Assembly: GCF_009834535.1 (NCBI RefSeq)
Contig: NC_045696.1
Coordinates: forward strand, 67,148,001-67,212,000
Direction of reading: 5' to 3'
DNA: 64,000 nt
DNA from: Camelus ferus
Lineage: Eukaryota
A program made the translations under genes and the position numbers. Positions 25,761 to 37,922 of this stretch are shown here, piece by piece (position 1 is the stretch's first letter; every line of letters begins with the position of its first letter). Under the pieces are notes generated by a model. It searched no databases. It was not told where the DNA came from and saw only the letters and a program-made list of their open reading frames with translations.

Positions 25761-26869
25761 CTCTTGATTCTGTGTCGCTACAGAGAAAACACTAGGACCA
25801 ACAGGAGATGGCTTCAAAAGGAGCTTATTTCACCTCAATACACGAAAGATCATTCTAACCAGAGCATCCCAGAGTGGGACAGGCAAGGCAGGAAGTCAGA
25901 ACTCCTGCGAACAGAGGCTGGATAACCACCTGTCAGGGTTGCTGGAGAGAAGATGTCTGCTTTGGGTGGTCTCTAACTGAGGGATTCTATGAGTCTGTTC
26001 CGTTCTGGATCCCAGTCCTCATCATTTTTCTGAGACAAGGGTCTCTAGTGCCACCTTCCTGTAACCTGTGGCACTTTGTAAAGATCTCTCCTTGCCTGAG
26101 CTGTCTAGTGAACTCGCTGGTCTTATTCAGTATTGAGGCCCTGCGGTTGAAAACAAAAGAAAAAACAGAAATAGAAACAACCCCAAACCCCACCCAGTTT
26201 AGCAGGAGAGGTCTATGGTTGGGATGTTGCTGAGTCTTTCTACTACCGAGTTGATTTGAGTTAGAAGGATGACAGTTGCCCACAGCCCACTAGAAGCAGT
26301 TACACAGAGGTCTCAAAACCTACAAGTAGAAGGAAACAGAGACAGATCAAACTGGACATCCTTCTCAGAGCCTTACAGATCACCTGGACTACAATGCTCA
26401 CATGCAGTCCTCAAAGGAGACACCTGCAATCACACAGCTAGTGCCTGGTAGAGCTGGCACAAAGTTCCGCTGATTACAGGCCAGAATTCTTTTCATTACC
26501 CAATGCTGTGAAGCCCACTATAATATAACACTTAATTATACGGGTTCAGAAATACAAGTCAAAGCAGATCCCAAGGTAATAATAGATGCTAAAACTACAT
26601 ATGGGAAAAGCATGCTATAACATGGTTAACCCATGACGTGAACACGTTGTAAACAGATTGATTGCACCGTATTTTTCCCATCAAGGCCTGAGTTGTACTC
26701 CTGTATCGTGTAGTTCATCAGTGCTGCAAACTCTAAAACACATGATCTCATTAGAATCCAAACCAAATAAATGAGAGACACTGGGTAATCAGAGTATGTA
26801 AGAAAGGCGAAGCACACAAGCACAAGGCTTTTGGATATACTAGCCTACTTAGACTGACCGACTACCCTG

Positions 26870-27020
26870 CCAAGTTATTATAATTCTCTCTATTTTTAAA
26901 GATGAGACTGGGGCTCAGAGACATCAAGTGGTTAACCTGCTGTGATATTGCCAGTAAATAACAGAGACAGGATTCAAATCCAAGCTTATTTGGTTCTCAA
27001 GCCCAAGCTTCATCCCAAGG
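26870..27020 (-). mobile_element. MIR SINE
   Basis: tttttaaagatgagactggggctcagaga...gtaaataacagagacaggattcaaatccaag. Confidence 0.7.
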
Positions 27021-27919
27021 GATCAGGACATCCAGGACTGCGTAAATGAGTTTGACTTAAATAACTTTCCCTCTTTTGGACTTACATCATCTTTAAGGTC
27101 CATTCTAGTTCCAGAAGTTCTCTGATGCAACTTGCAGTATTCAAGATTTGAAATAAGCTCTTATATATATTCTATCCCAAAACAAAAAATGTAAAATATA
27201 AGTGTGCACACAGTTCAAACTTTCTAGATTACTTTCTTTTATATTTTCTGCCAGGATTCACTGAGCTAAGTTTGTCTGTTGTTGGCACCAGCAGCACATT
27301 CACCATTCTTTATGTGCAGGATGGGCTGGCTTAAGTGAGCTATAGGCTGTGCACAGAGCGCTGTAAACAGCTGTTGCTTACACAGGCATCATCATTAATG
27401 TAGACCAGTCACCTAGTGTTGAAAGACAAGGGTCATCAAGTGGATGGAGACCATCTCAATTCTATGTATTTAAGGCCTGAGCCTGTCCCTCTACCTTTGG
27501 TCCAGCTGACCTTAGAGGAGAGCCCATGTTGAGAAAACCACTCATCTCTTCAAGGCACTGTGGCTGAGTGAGAATGTCCCAACCTAGGGATCAGGGACCC
27601 AGCTCTGCAGTATTTACTGAGGCCTTTGCCCAGATGACTTCACCTTCAAGTGAGCCTCAGTTTCTTCATTTATAAAATTCAAAATTAACCAACCCTCCTG
27701 CATTTATTATGAGATTATGTGTGTATGTGTGTGTCAGTATAAACGCAATCAAATAATGAGTGTGCAAGGATCTTGCAGATTCCAAGACACTAAAGTACTA
27801 GGAGTTGACATTAGTAGTCTCTTGAGCCAAAATTTTGCCTGACCTATGGATTCACTCGCCTCAGAAACAGAGATGAAATTTTTGTTGTTGGCTTTATCTT
27901 TTATTTTTTTCAGTGGTCT

Positions 27920-28150
27920 CATGGGAGGAAAAGCATAGGTTTTGGTGCCATAAGGATCTGTTTCATCCCAGATAAAGCACTGGCTGGCTCTGTGGCCTTG
28001 AGGACATTTCAGATGATCTTTCTTTTGTTCAGTTTCCTCATCTGTAAAGTGGGGATAATAACATCTTGCTAATGGGGATATTTGAATTCACAATGACATC
28101 ACTAAAGAGCTAGTACAGTGTCTGGTCCATGGCAGCTGTTTTGTAAATCA
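27920..28150 (+). mobile_element. MIR SINE
   Basis: tcagtttcctcatctgtaaagtggggataataac...ctagtacagtgtctggtccat. Confidence 0.8.
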
Positions 28151-29701
28151 GAGTGGTTACTGTAATTATTGACCACCCTTTCCAAATGACCAGTGACAAA
28201 CAATGGGAAAGGAAAGATTCCTCCCCCACCTGCCAGGCCCAACCCCACCAGCCATCCCGGCTGCGTCACTCACTTGCTGTGAGGACTAGGGCATCCATCC
28301 AGGGCTAAATGTGCCTCGGAAAACTACCACTGTGTCATTCTGCTTGTTTCATCGGCCATCACTTCAGCATGTCTGCTGCCACCCAGCAACTGCCCAGGGG
28401 AACTGCATGGACTTCAGAAAAGTAGAATTTAAAGAGACAGTAATTGGAAAATTCTAAGAAGCGAGGAGGGGAAACCTTTTTTAAACCTTCTTCCCCAGCA
28501 GTGACAATTGACAAAGGCACAAGGGATTAAATGCTGGGACTGGGTCAAATTCAAGACTCCTGACGCTGATATCCAAGCATGTTCTCTTCCATATGATAAT
28601 TTCTGTAAAACCACCTGGACCTTTGACTTTTTTTTTTTTTTTTTGGCCTCAGTATATCACCATTATTATTATTATTGAGAGTATTCAGAAAACAATTTCA
28701 AATTATAGAACTTTAGCTCTGAGGGACACCTGGAAGATCAGAGACTGCTCTCACTGCTCTACAGAACCAGAGCAATGAGAAGAGTCCAGAGAAGAGAGAA
28801 GATAATCAATAGTAATGTCAGGGAGCTCATTTATGGAAAGGCAAGACCTTTACTCTACATTTATTATCCACCAGGCTAGTGCGCCCATTCCCTAGACCAA
28901 CTCCCTGTCTTCTGATGATGTAATGAGAAGAAAAACTAAAGATGTTAGAACTTACAGACTTAAGTGAATGAACAAGCCCCTTAGTTTTTTTTACCCACCT
29001 TTAAGCTCTGCTCAGCTTTGCCATTGGGGATCTGGACCATAGTCCCCCAAGATCACAGTTTACATCTATAAAATGAAGACAATTGACCTAGATACCTAAA
29101 CATCTTTCCTACTCCAAAAACCTATATTTCTGACAACTCATCCTCATTTATTGAATTATAAGTAGAGCAAGTTGAAAGAATTCAAACACATCACAATCAG
29201 CAGTTTCTTCTGCAGTAAATCAGAAGAAACACATCTTGAATTTTGACTCTGTCAAGTGTGCCCCAGTCATTCCTCCAGATGGATTCTCACCAAAACAGAT
29301 CCTACAGAGCCTGGGGGTTCAGTCCAACCTGTTGCACAAGCCCCTCCTCACCTGTATTTAAGCTGGTACACATGGGTAAGGTCGCCTCTCTCTGAGCTGA
29401 TCTATGTCGGTGGATATTAGGACAACCCCTAATGTAAAAACATCCAAAGTGTTAAAAACAAAAAATAACATATGGCTGGTTATTAAGAGATGATTCAGAA
29501 AATCATGGGGAGAGTCACAGCATATCAGTTTGATGCTACATGTTATTAGGGAGAATGTATGTTTAAGACAGATTCTTGATAGGAGGACCAAAAACAATAA
29601 CCTTTGATCTGGAAGGTTTGAGGGATGGTCTTTTACTTGTATTTTTGCTTATACCTTGTTTTTTGCTGTGTGTTTTCATATGTGTCTTGTTCTGAGTTCT
29701 T

Positions 29702-29830
29702 TTTTTTTTCCAGAGGGGAGCAATTAAGTTTATTTTTATTTATTTATTTAATGGAGGCACTAGGGATAAAACGCAAGACCCCGTACATGCTAAGCACGCA
29801 CTTTGTCACTGAGCTATTTCCCCCGCCCCA
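29702..29830 (-). mobile_element. Vic-1-type camelid SINE with perfect 12-bp TSD
   Basis: Reverse complement: ggggcgggggaaatagctcagtgacaaagtgcgtgcttagcatgtacggggtcttgcgttttatccctagtgcctccattaaataaata... TSD ttctgagttctt at 29690-29701 and 29831-29842. Confidence 0.88.
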
Positions 29831-30949
29831 TTCTGAGTTCTTAAAAACAAAACAAACAAACAAACAAACAAAAACACTGAGGATGTTAACTGCGAATTTC
29901 TAAAGGTAGATGATTCCCCAAAAAGTTATAAGATTTAATTGTTAGGTCCTAACAGTCTCATTCAGTGAAAATGGAAAGAAAATATATAAAATAAGACAAT
30001 TATCCCCAAAGAGAGACCAGAAGAGCTACACTGATGAGGCCTGAAAAACCAACATTCAAACACTGATTACAAGTAGCAAAACAAAGTCAAGAGTGCCTTA
30101 TGTCTGAAAGATCCCAATGTCCTGGCTTCCCAGACTCTGTGTTTGGATTCCAGGAAGAATCAGATTCTTTTTCAGAGAACTGATTTCTCTCTTTAAAGCC
30201 AAATCCCTGACTTGGATTCCATTTGTGCTTCAGAATCCTGTCATGATAACGCCAAAGACCAGAAGAATTTCCCCCAAAGAAATGCAGTCTCTAACGCTGA
30301 TGGGGTTTCTTGTTATTCAGAGCAGAGAGTTTCAGAGAACCTCAAACTGGATGCTCTCACACCAAGTGTACAGTGAGTGCCCTGTAAGTTTTGGGATGGT
30401 TCTCAGGCATTTCCCAGCAGGGATGGGATCCTGCCCTCTGCAGGAATTCCTAGGTAATAACTTCCTAAGGAGGTATTTCTCATTTAAATATAACCTCCTG
30501 GCAACCAAATATTTATCTAGAAGAAATTGGGAGTGGCCCTGTCCAATCAGGCACCTGGGTTCAGCCCATTACTCAAAAATAACAGGATTGTGGCATTTGG
30601 GGAACGCCTCCTCCCAGAGGTTTGCCAAGAAATAGCTCAGCAAAACCCCACCATCCACCCATCCTTGTCAACACGCCTCCCAGGGCATTATGAGTGAGTG
30701 GACAGCACCGCACCCAAGATCAAATCCAGGGCATTCTTGGCACAGATCCCCAAAGGCAAAGTCAAGAGCATGTGTGACAAAATCCTTGCCTGCTGCCCAG
30801 CTCATCACAGTGTGTGATGGAACTTGATACTTGCTGAGGGTGGTAGGTCCATAAACCCCGAGGCAATTCTGGTTTCAGACTTTATCTCCATCCAAGCGAA
30901 TCTCAAGTGACTTTGCTCCATTGGAGTCTGAGGCCATTAATCAGTGTTG

Positions 30950-31710
30950 CCCTCAAGAGAATGATACTCAGATTCTTATATACGACTTGTCCTTTCCACA
31001 CCTAGATCAAGCATCCAACACTTCTCACCAGGAGTGATTCAAAGATCTGGTCAGATTTTTCTCAATGTTCCAATCCATCCCACACACCACTACCAGTCTT
31101 GATCAGGTCCTCACCATGTCCTCACTGTTCACTGAGTACACAGCTGTGCACCTGCCACAGACTGATGTTGTGCTGGAGGCTGTAAGGATATGAGGATGAA
31201 TAAAACCTCTGCAGTGAAGCCTCTGCGACTGCCACCAGCCAATCAGAATACAGACAGCCTCCTTATTCTGCCATCTGACCCTTTCCGTGAACAGCCTTCC
31301 CCTCCCCCACCACCTTCTGCATACTCCAGCCACCTAGGAACGTAGCCATGGTTTCTGAAACAACTTTCCACACTTATGTATTACTGCATCTTTTGATAAT
31401 ACTCTTCCCCCAGTGTACGCGGCACCTGACTGTTCTCTACCAAAATTCATTAGTCTGTCCCTTTAGCAAAGATTCCCACCCTGAAAAAAAAACCATTACC
31501 TCATCTTTGTTCCCATAATACATTGGTTCTACCTTTCATTTAGGGTTTATTTAGGTCATTTAGGGTCATGTTATACATTCTATGAAAACTAGATTTACTT
31601 TTCCTGTTTCCAATTAGATCTCAGGCTTTTTGAGGGCAAGACCGATACATAATTCATCTCTCTTTCCCTACAGAGACTACTAGGCTACTGTCCTCCACTT
31701 GTTGAATTAT
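30950..31710 (+). mobile_element. L2 LINE remnants
   Basis: cacaccactaccagtcttgatcaggtcctcaccatg...; caattagatctcaggctttttgagggcaagacc...ttgttgaat. Confidence 0.55.
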
Positions 31711-32717
31711 CACATTAATACTATTACAACTAAAGCTTATTTCTAGGACCTGGGTGCAGCAATATCCAATTTACCATGAAGGAGAAAAATGCAAGGGAAA
31801 CACACAAAGACTATAACTATATGAAATAGCTGAAATAATGTTTTAATTGAAAAAATCAAAAATTATTAATTACCTAATGTTTTTAATTTTAAGTTAGGTT
31901 TTACACTAGAACCAGCTTCCTCCACCTGCTGCCCCATCAAATTTTAAAAAGTATAACCCTAGGTGTTGCAGGTGACGTGTACTGGGTATAAGGTCACTTC
32001 TCTATGCATCCCTGTGGAGTCATCCCTTCTTATTTGTGCCTCCTGGTTGGTCTGAACTGGGAGTATCATCTTGTTCCTGGGAGTATTTTAACCTGCGCTT
32101 CCCCTGCTCTCAGAAATAGACTCCTATCTCCCACTAACAGAGTTTTCTCAAAACAACTCACTGAGTTCTTGTCCTATCGGAAAACAGGCTCCAACACTCC
32201 ATTCGTTTACCACAGAGTAACAGGCCTTGAGTTGAGTGTATGATTCACATTCTTTCCCTGTGGAACTTACAACACAGATCTCTGGTCCTCAATGCCCCGC
32301 TCAGGGACCCAGTTGCTGTTCAGGCAGGAGCCATGTCTGAGCGTTTTGTAATACTTTAAAGGATACATGTAGAGGGCCACCTTCCTAATAATAAAAAAAA
32401 AAAAAAATCAGAGCAAATTGGAAAGTAGAAAGGAAATAATATGTCTGAAGCACCCAGAGCAGTCACCAGCTTGGCAGTGCTCAGTGTTCTCCTTTAATCC
32501 TCACAACTTTACAGGGTGGATATGACTAAGTCCATTTTAGAGCTAAGAACACAAGTCTCAGAAAAGTGATATAGTAAAGCAAAGAGGTGACAGGCCTGGA
32601 ATTGGAACCAGGGACTGTGGGATCCTGAGCCATATGAACATTTTCCCACACGAAACTGCCACCTCCACCATCCCCAGCCTTCCAGAGTTGGCAGAAGCTC
32701 TTCTCCTAGTCTATGGC

Positions 32718-33190
32718 TCTGTCAATTAAAAGGATGTTTGGCTCCATATAACAGAAAAATCCCAACTACCATGAACCACGCATTCTCAATACAAGAAGAT
32801 CAGAAATGAGTAGTTCAGGAGTGGAACAGCAGCTCTGCAAAGTCATTCTGAAGCTAGGCTCCTTCCAGCTTCCCCTTCTGCCCCCTCTAGGTTGGATCCT
32901 TGGATCCATGATCCAAGATGGTGGCTAAGCATCACATACACTTTATCAGCAGAAGGAGGAGGAAGTAGAAAGGGACAGAGGAGAGTGCTTCCTTGCCTTT
33001 TGAGGAGTCCTCTCAGAAGAGCCTCTCATTTCTTCCTCTTACATCTCACTGGCCAGAATGTACTCAAATGGGCATATTTAGCTTCAGGAGAGCCTAAGTA
33101 ATGCAGTGTTTCAGTTAGATACACAACTGCCTCCAACAATTGAGAGATCCTCTTAGACGGAGAAATGGGAGAGTGTTACCCCAGGCCATT
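32718..33190 (-). mobile_element. MaLR solo LTR (MLT1J/K-like)
   Basis: tgtcaattaaaaggatgtttggctccatataacagaaaaatccc...aggctccttccagcttcc...ccaagatggtggct...cttacatctcactggccagaa. Confidence 0.75.
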
Positions 33191-33534
33191 TGTGTTTAGC
33201 CAGTATTTCTCCTGCTCAAAAGGCTAATTTAAAGGTTTAAAGGCAGAATTTTCATGATTCTAATGTGGAGGGAAAAAGTAGAAAAAGAAAATTGGGTCTC
33301 TTTTATTGATGCCTGAAGACACTCTACAGAGAAGGTAAAAGTTGCTGCTTTTGCCTGAGTGGAAGGAGAAGATGAGGCAACCCTGGGACACGCTTTAGCT
33401 TGATACCATTCTTTTTTTTTTTTTTTCATTAACATAACTTTATTCCACTGTCTTCATTGATATAACTTTTTTAAATTTAAAAAAAATTATGGTTGTTTAC
33501 TTTTTTTAAATAAATATTTCACTTATTTATTTTT

Positions 33535-33638
33535 TTGGTGGGGGGAGGCAATTAGGTCTATTTATTTACTTTTAGGGATTGAACCCAGGACCTTGTGCAT
33601 GCTAAGCATGCACTCTACCACTTGAGCTATGCCCTCCC
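33535..33638 (-). mobile_element. Vic-1-type camelid SINE
   Basis: gggggaggcaattaggtctatttattt...gggattgaacccaggaccttgtgcatgctaagcatgcactctaccacttgagctatgccctccc (antisense A and B boxes). Confidence 0.9.
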
Positions 33639-33649
33639 ATACTTGTAAC

Positions 33650-33985
33650 TTTTTTTTTAATTGAAGTATTGTCAGTCTACAATCTTGTGTCAGTTTCTGG
33701 TGTACAGCATAATGTTTCAGTCATACATGAATATACATCTATTCCTTTTCATATTCTTTTTCATTATAGGTTACTACAAGATATTGAATATATTTCCCTG
33801 TGCTGTACAGTATAAACTTGTTGTTTATCTATTTTATAGATAGTGGTTAGTATCTGCAAATCTCAAACTCCCAATTTAACCCTTCCTATTCCTTTTCCCC
33901 TCTGGTAACCATAAGTCTGTTTTCTATGTCTGTGAGTCTTTTCTGTTTTGTAAATAAGTTCATTTGTGTCTTTTTTTTTTAGATT
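33650..33985 (-). mobile_element. L1 3' UTR fragment
   Basis: ttgaagtattgtcagtctacaat...tttctggtgtacagcataatgtttcagtcatac...ccctgtgctgtacag...tggtaaccataagtctgttttctatgtctgtgagtc. Confidence 0.92.
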
Positions 33986-34549
33986 TTGATGCCACCCTTC
34001 AGAAGCAAGGGCTCACTTCCCTACGAGTCCCACTACCCACCTCACACTGACAGCCGCATGAGGACTCTGTGACCCTGTACACGCTGTAAGGATGACAGCC
34101 TTCACTACTTGTGTATGAGTCACAATACAAATAAAACTAAATCAAAAAGCAGAAAATTTTCATGAATGCTGGAAACGAAATAGGTTCTTTCAAGATTTAT
34201 AGATTTAAAGTTTGAATAAGTTACGTAAGACTGAACTTCTGTCCTCGTTTGGTGGCTGTGCTCTGCAGTCGCCACACACCTGCGCTTGCCTGCCTGTTGG
34301 GTAATCCAGTGCTGTCTATAATCTCTCTTGGATTTCAGTTGTTCTCAGGGTTTCTAATCCTGGGTCCTGTGGAGTATAGACTTATTTCCATAAATAATGA
34401 TTAGTTTGGAAAGAAAAGTACTGTGCCACATTCTCTTATTTGCTGAGAGAGTATTTGGAGAAAGGAAGGGATGAGAAGCCAGGGAATTACTCCTTAGGAA
34501 AGACAGCAGACTGGACTCTTGTCCACCTCTCACCTCATTTCCACCTGAT

Positions 34550-35080
34550 GTAGTATATATATATATGTGTGTGTATATATATACACACACACACGCACAC
34601 ATACATACAATGGAATATCCCTCAGCCATAAAAAAGAATGAAATAATGCCTTTTGCAGCAAAATGGATGGACCTAGAGATTATCATATTAAGTGTAGTTA
34701 ACTCAGACAGAGAAAGACAAATATATGATATCACTTATATGTGGAATCCAAAAAATAATAATACAAATCTTATTTACAAACCAAAAATAGACTCACAGAC
34801 ATAGAAAACAAACTATGGTTCACATAAAGGAAAGGGTGGGGGAAGGATAAATTAGGAGTTTGGTATTAACAGATACACATTACTACATATAAAATAGATA
34901 AACAACAAGGACCTACTGTGGAGCACAGGGAACTATATTCAATTTCTTTTAATAACATATAATGGAAAATAATCTGAAAAAATATATATGTATGTATATG
35001 TATAACTGAATCACTTTGTTGTATACCTGAGACTAACATTGTAAATCAACTACACTTCAATAAAAGTGAAAAAAAATATA
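34550..35080 (+). mobile_element. L1 fragment: ORF2 C-terminus plus 3' UTR
   Basis: Translates MEYPSAIKKNEIMPFAAKWMDLEIIILS (L1 ORF2 end), followed by the 3' UTR and AATAAA/A tail. Confidence 0.93.
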
Positions 35081-35551
35081 TATACCATCTTTGGTGAGGT
35101 AAACCTCTGTTGTATGGACAATCTAGTAGTCAGGCAAATCTGAATAAAGAATAATTTAACCAACTTCATACTTGTTTGGATGTTTTTAATAAAGAGAAAA
35201 TGAGAAATAATATGAAATTAAAAATATGAACTATATGGCTGGGTCCAGAGAGTTTAGACTAAGGGAAGAGCAGGGGGATAAAAAAAGAGGAGAAAGGAGA
35301 AGAATATGTTAGTTGAAGCTGGAAAAAAATACTTATCCAACATCAGCTCTGGCCTATTTTCTCTCCTCTGGTTCCATCTTTCCTTTGGTCTGCAGAATAC
35401 ATGCATAAAAGCTCAAGTTTGGCCACCAATGTCAAACTTTCCCAAAAGAAAAACTCTCATTGGTCATAATATTCCTTGACTTATTGTTCTCATTTCATGG
35501 GGGCAATACTGGAAAGGAGGTTATAAAATCTCAGTTATAAAATCATTGACC

Positions 35552-36469
35552 CACTAATTATTAGAGAAATGCAAACCAAAACCATAATGAGGTATCACCT
35601 CACACCAGTCAGAATGGCCATCATTAAAAAGTCTACAAATAATAAATGCTAGAAAGGGTGTGGAGAAAAGGCAACCCTCCTACACTGTAGGTGGGAATGT
35701 AAATTGGGGCAGCCACTATGGAGAACAGTACAGAGATTCCTTAAAATATCTAAAAATAGAGTTACCATATGACCTAGTAATCCCACTCTTAGGTACATAC
35801 CTGGAAAAGACTAAAAGTCTAATTGGAAAAGATACATGTCCCAGTGTTCATAGCAGCACTATTTATAATAGCCAAGATATGGAAGCAACATAATGCCCAT
35901 CAATAGATGACTGGATAATGAAGATGTGGTATATAATATAATGGAATACTACTCAGTCATAAAAAAAGAATAAAATAATGCCATTTGCCGCTACACAGAT
36001 GGACCTAGAGATTATTTTATTAAGTGAAGTAAATCAAAGAGAGAAAGATAAATATCTTTTATCATTTATATCATTTATATATGGAATCAAAAAAATGATG
36101 CAAATGAACTTATTTACAAACCAGAAATAGACTCAGAGATATACAAAACAAACTATGGTTACCAAAGGGGAAAGGGGTTGGGGGGAGGGATAAATTAGGA
36201 GTTTAGGATTAACATATACACTACTATATATAGAATAGATAAAAAATAAAACCTTTTGTATAGCACAAGGAACTAGAGTGAACAACTTGTAATGGAAAAG
36301 AATCTGAAATATATATATATTTATTAATAATATATATTATATATATAACTGAATCACTTTTCTGTACTCCTGAAACTAACACAACATTGTAAATCAACTA
36401 TACTTCAATAAAAATAAATAAACAAATTAATTAATTAAATAACTTAGTTTATCCAAAAAGAAAAAAAAA
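35552..36469 (+). mobile_element. L1 fragment (~900 bp): ORF2 cysteine-rich C-terminus plus 3' UTR
   Basis: attagagaaatgcaaaccaaaaccataatgaggtatcacctcacaccagtcagaatggccatcattaaaaagtc...ggtgggaatgtaaattgg...cagccactatggagaacag; A-rich tail. Confidence 0.95.
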
Positions 36470-36723
36470 TATCAGTCCACAAGATGGCAGAGACTTTAAA
36501 GATCATCTAATTTAATCCCCTTTCATGTTACATGGACCTAAAATAAGGTTTTGAGAGGGGAAACAACTTTCTTTCAAGGACAAGAACATTGAAGATAGAA
36601 TATATAAGAATTCAGATTGTCTTATTCCCAGCCCAGAGGAAGAGCTCCCACGTTACATTCTTAGTCACACTCGTTTACCCAGGATTAACAAAGGCAAGTG
36701 CTCTTCAATATCAGGGTGAATGA

Positions 36724-37144
36724 CTTACTTCACTTAGAATGACATTCTCCAGTAACATCCATGTTGCTGCAAATGGCATTATGTTGTCGGCCAGAAAGAG
36801 AAAGAAAAATACCATAGAGATCGCTCATATGCAGAGTCTAAAAAAATTTTAAAAAAATACAAAACATAAACAGACTCATAGACGTAGAATACAAACTTGT
36901 GGTTGCCAGGTGGATGGCGGATGGGTGGGAAGGGACTGGGATTTCAAAATGTAGAATAGATAAACAAGATTGTACTGTGTAGCACAGGGAAATATATACA
37001 GGATCTTGTGGTGGCTCACAGCGAAAGAGAATGTGACAATGAATGTCTGTATGTTCATGTATAACTGAAAAATTGTGCTCTACACTGGAATTTGACACAA
37101 CATTGTAAACTGACTATAACTCAATAAAAAATGTTTAAAAAAAT
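36724..37144 (+). mobile_element. Young 5'-inverted (twin-primed) L1 with perfect 16-bp TSD
   Basis: 36724-36790 is antisense L1 ORF2 end and 36791-37144 is sense 3' UTR plus tail. ATATCAGGGTGAATGA at 36708-36723 and 37145-37160. Confidence 0.93.
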
Positions 37145-37922
37145 ATATCAGGGTGAATGAGCTAAAAAGAGAGCCCTCCCCCTCGCCCATCCTACCTCTC
37201 CATGCCTACACCCACTCCATCCACCTCCTGCACGTGCTGCCTCCATGCCTTAACTGAAGCCCTTCTCATGAATTCACGGGAACTTCATAGGTCTTTCAGT
37301 CTGGTGTAAAATGTCACACCGTCAAGAGGCACATCTGATTTCAATACCGCAAATCTGTTTCCATTATCATTGATAAGGCCTTGTGTTTATATAATGCCTT
37401 TCCCCAAGAAGCCCAGGGTGATTTATGAACATTATCTCATTACACAAAAAGTAATTATCCTAAGAGATAAGTGGGCAATTTTATTCATTTTACCTACTGA
37501 GTCAGACCCGTTTCCCAGAAGTTCCAGGAACTGTCCTATGATTTAGAGCAAGGGCTTTTAAACTAGTTTTAACTGTGAAACCATTCACTCTTAAGAGAAT
37601 GCCCAGTGCAAGTGACAGATAACAGCAGAATTACTCTAACTCCTTCAAAACATCTCAGTACAAAACTCATCTCCATGTTGGTGTCCCTCCCCTTTCATGT
37701 TTAGCAGGCCATGTTGCCTGTTGAGAGTTCCTCGGAAGTACCAGGCTCCCTCCCTCCTTCACACACATGCTTCTCTCTCTCTGGGCACTCTCCATAACCT
37801 CCTTCACCTTGTCAACTCCTATTCATCTTTCAAATCCCAGTTTCAGAATCCCTTCCCTAGAGAAAACTTCTTTCATCTTCACCTTCCAATTTGGTGTAAA
37901 TCCTATACTAAATGCTCCAGTA

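Noticed and set aside
30117..30635. 172-aa ATG ORF
   Set aside because: No recognisable homology or processed-pseudogene hallmarks (no poly(A) tail or TSD); may overlap an old LTR that I could not classify.
34565..35893. ORFs with L1 ORF2 similarity
   Set aside because: Short, frameshifted, 5'-truncated L1 remnants, not functional genes.
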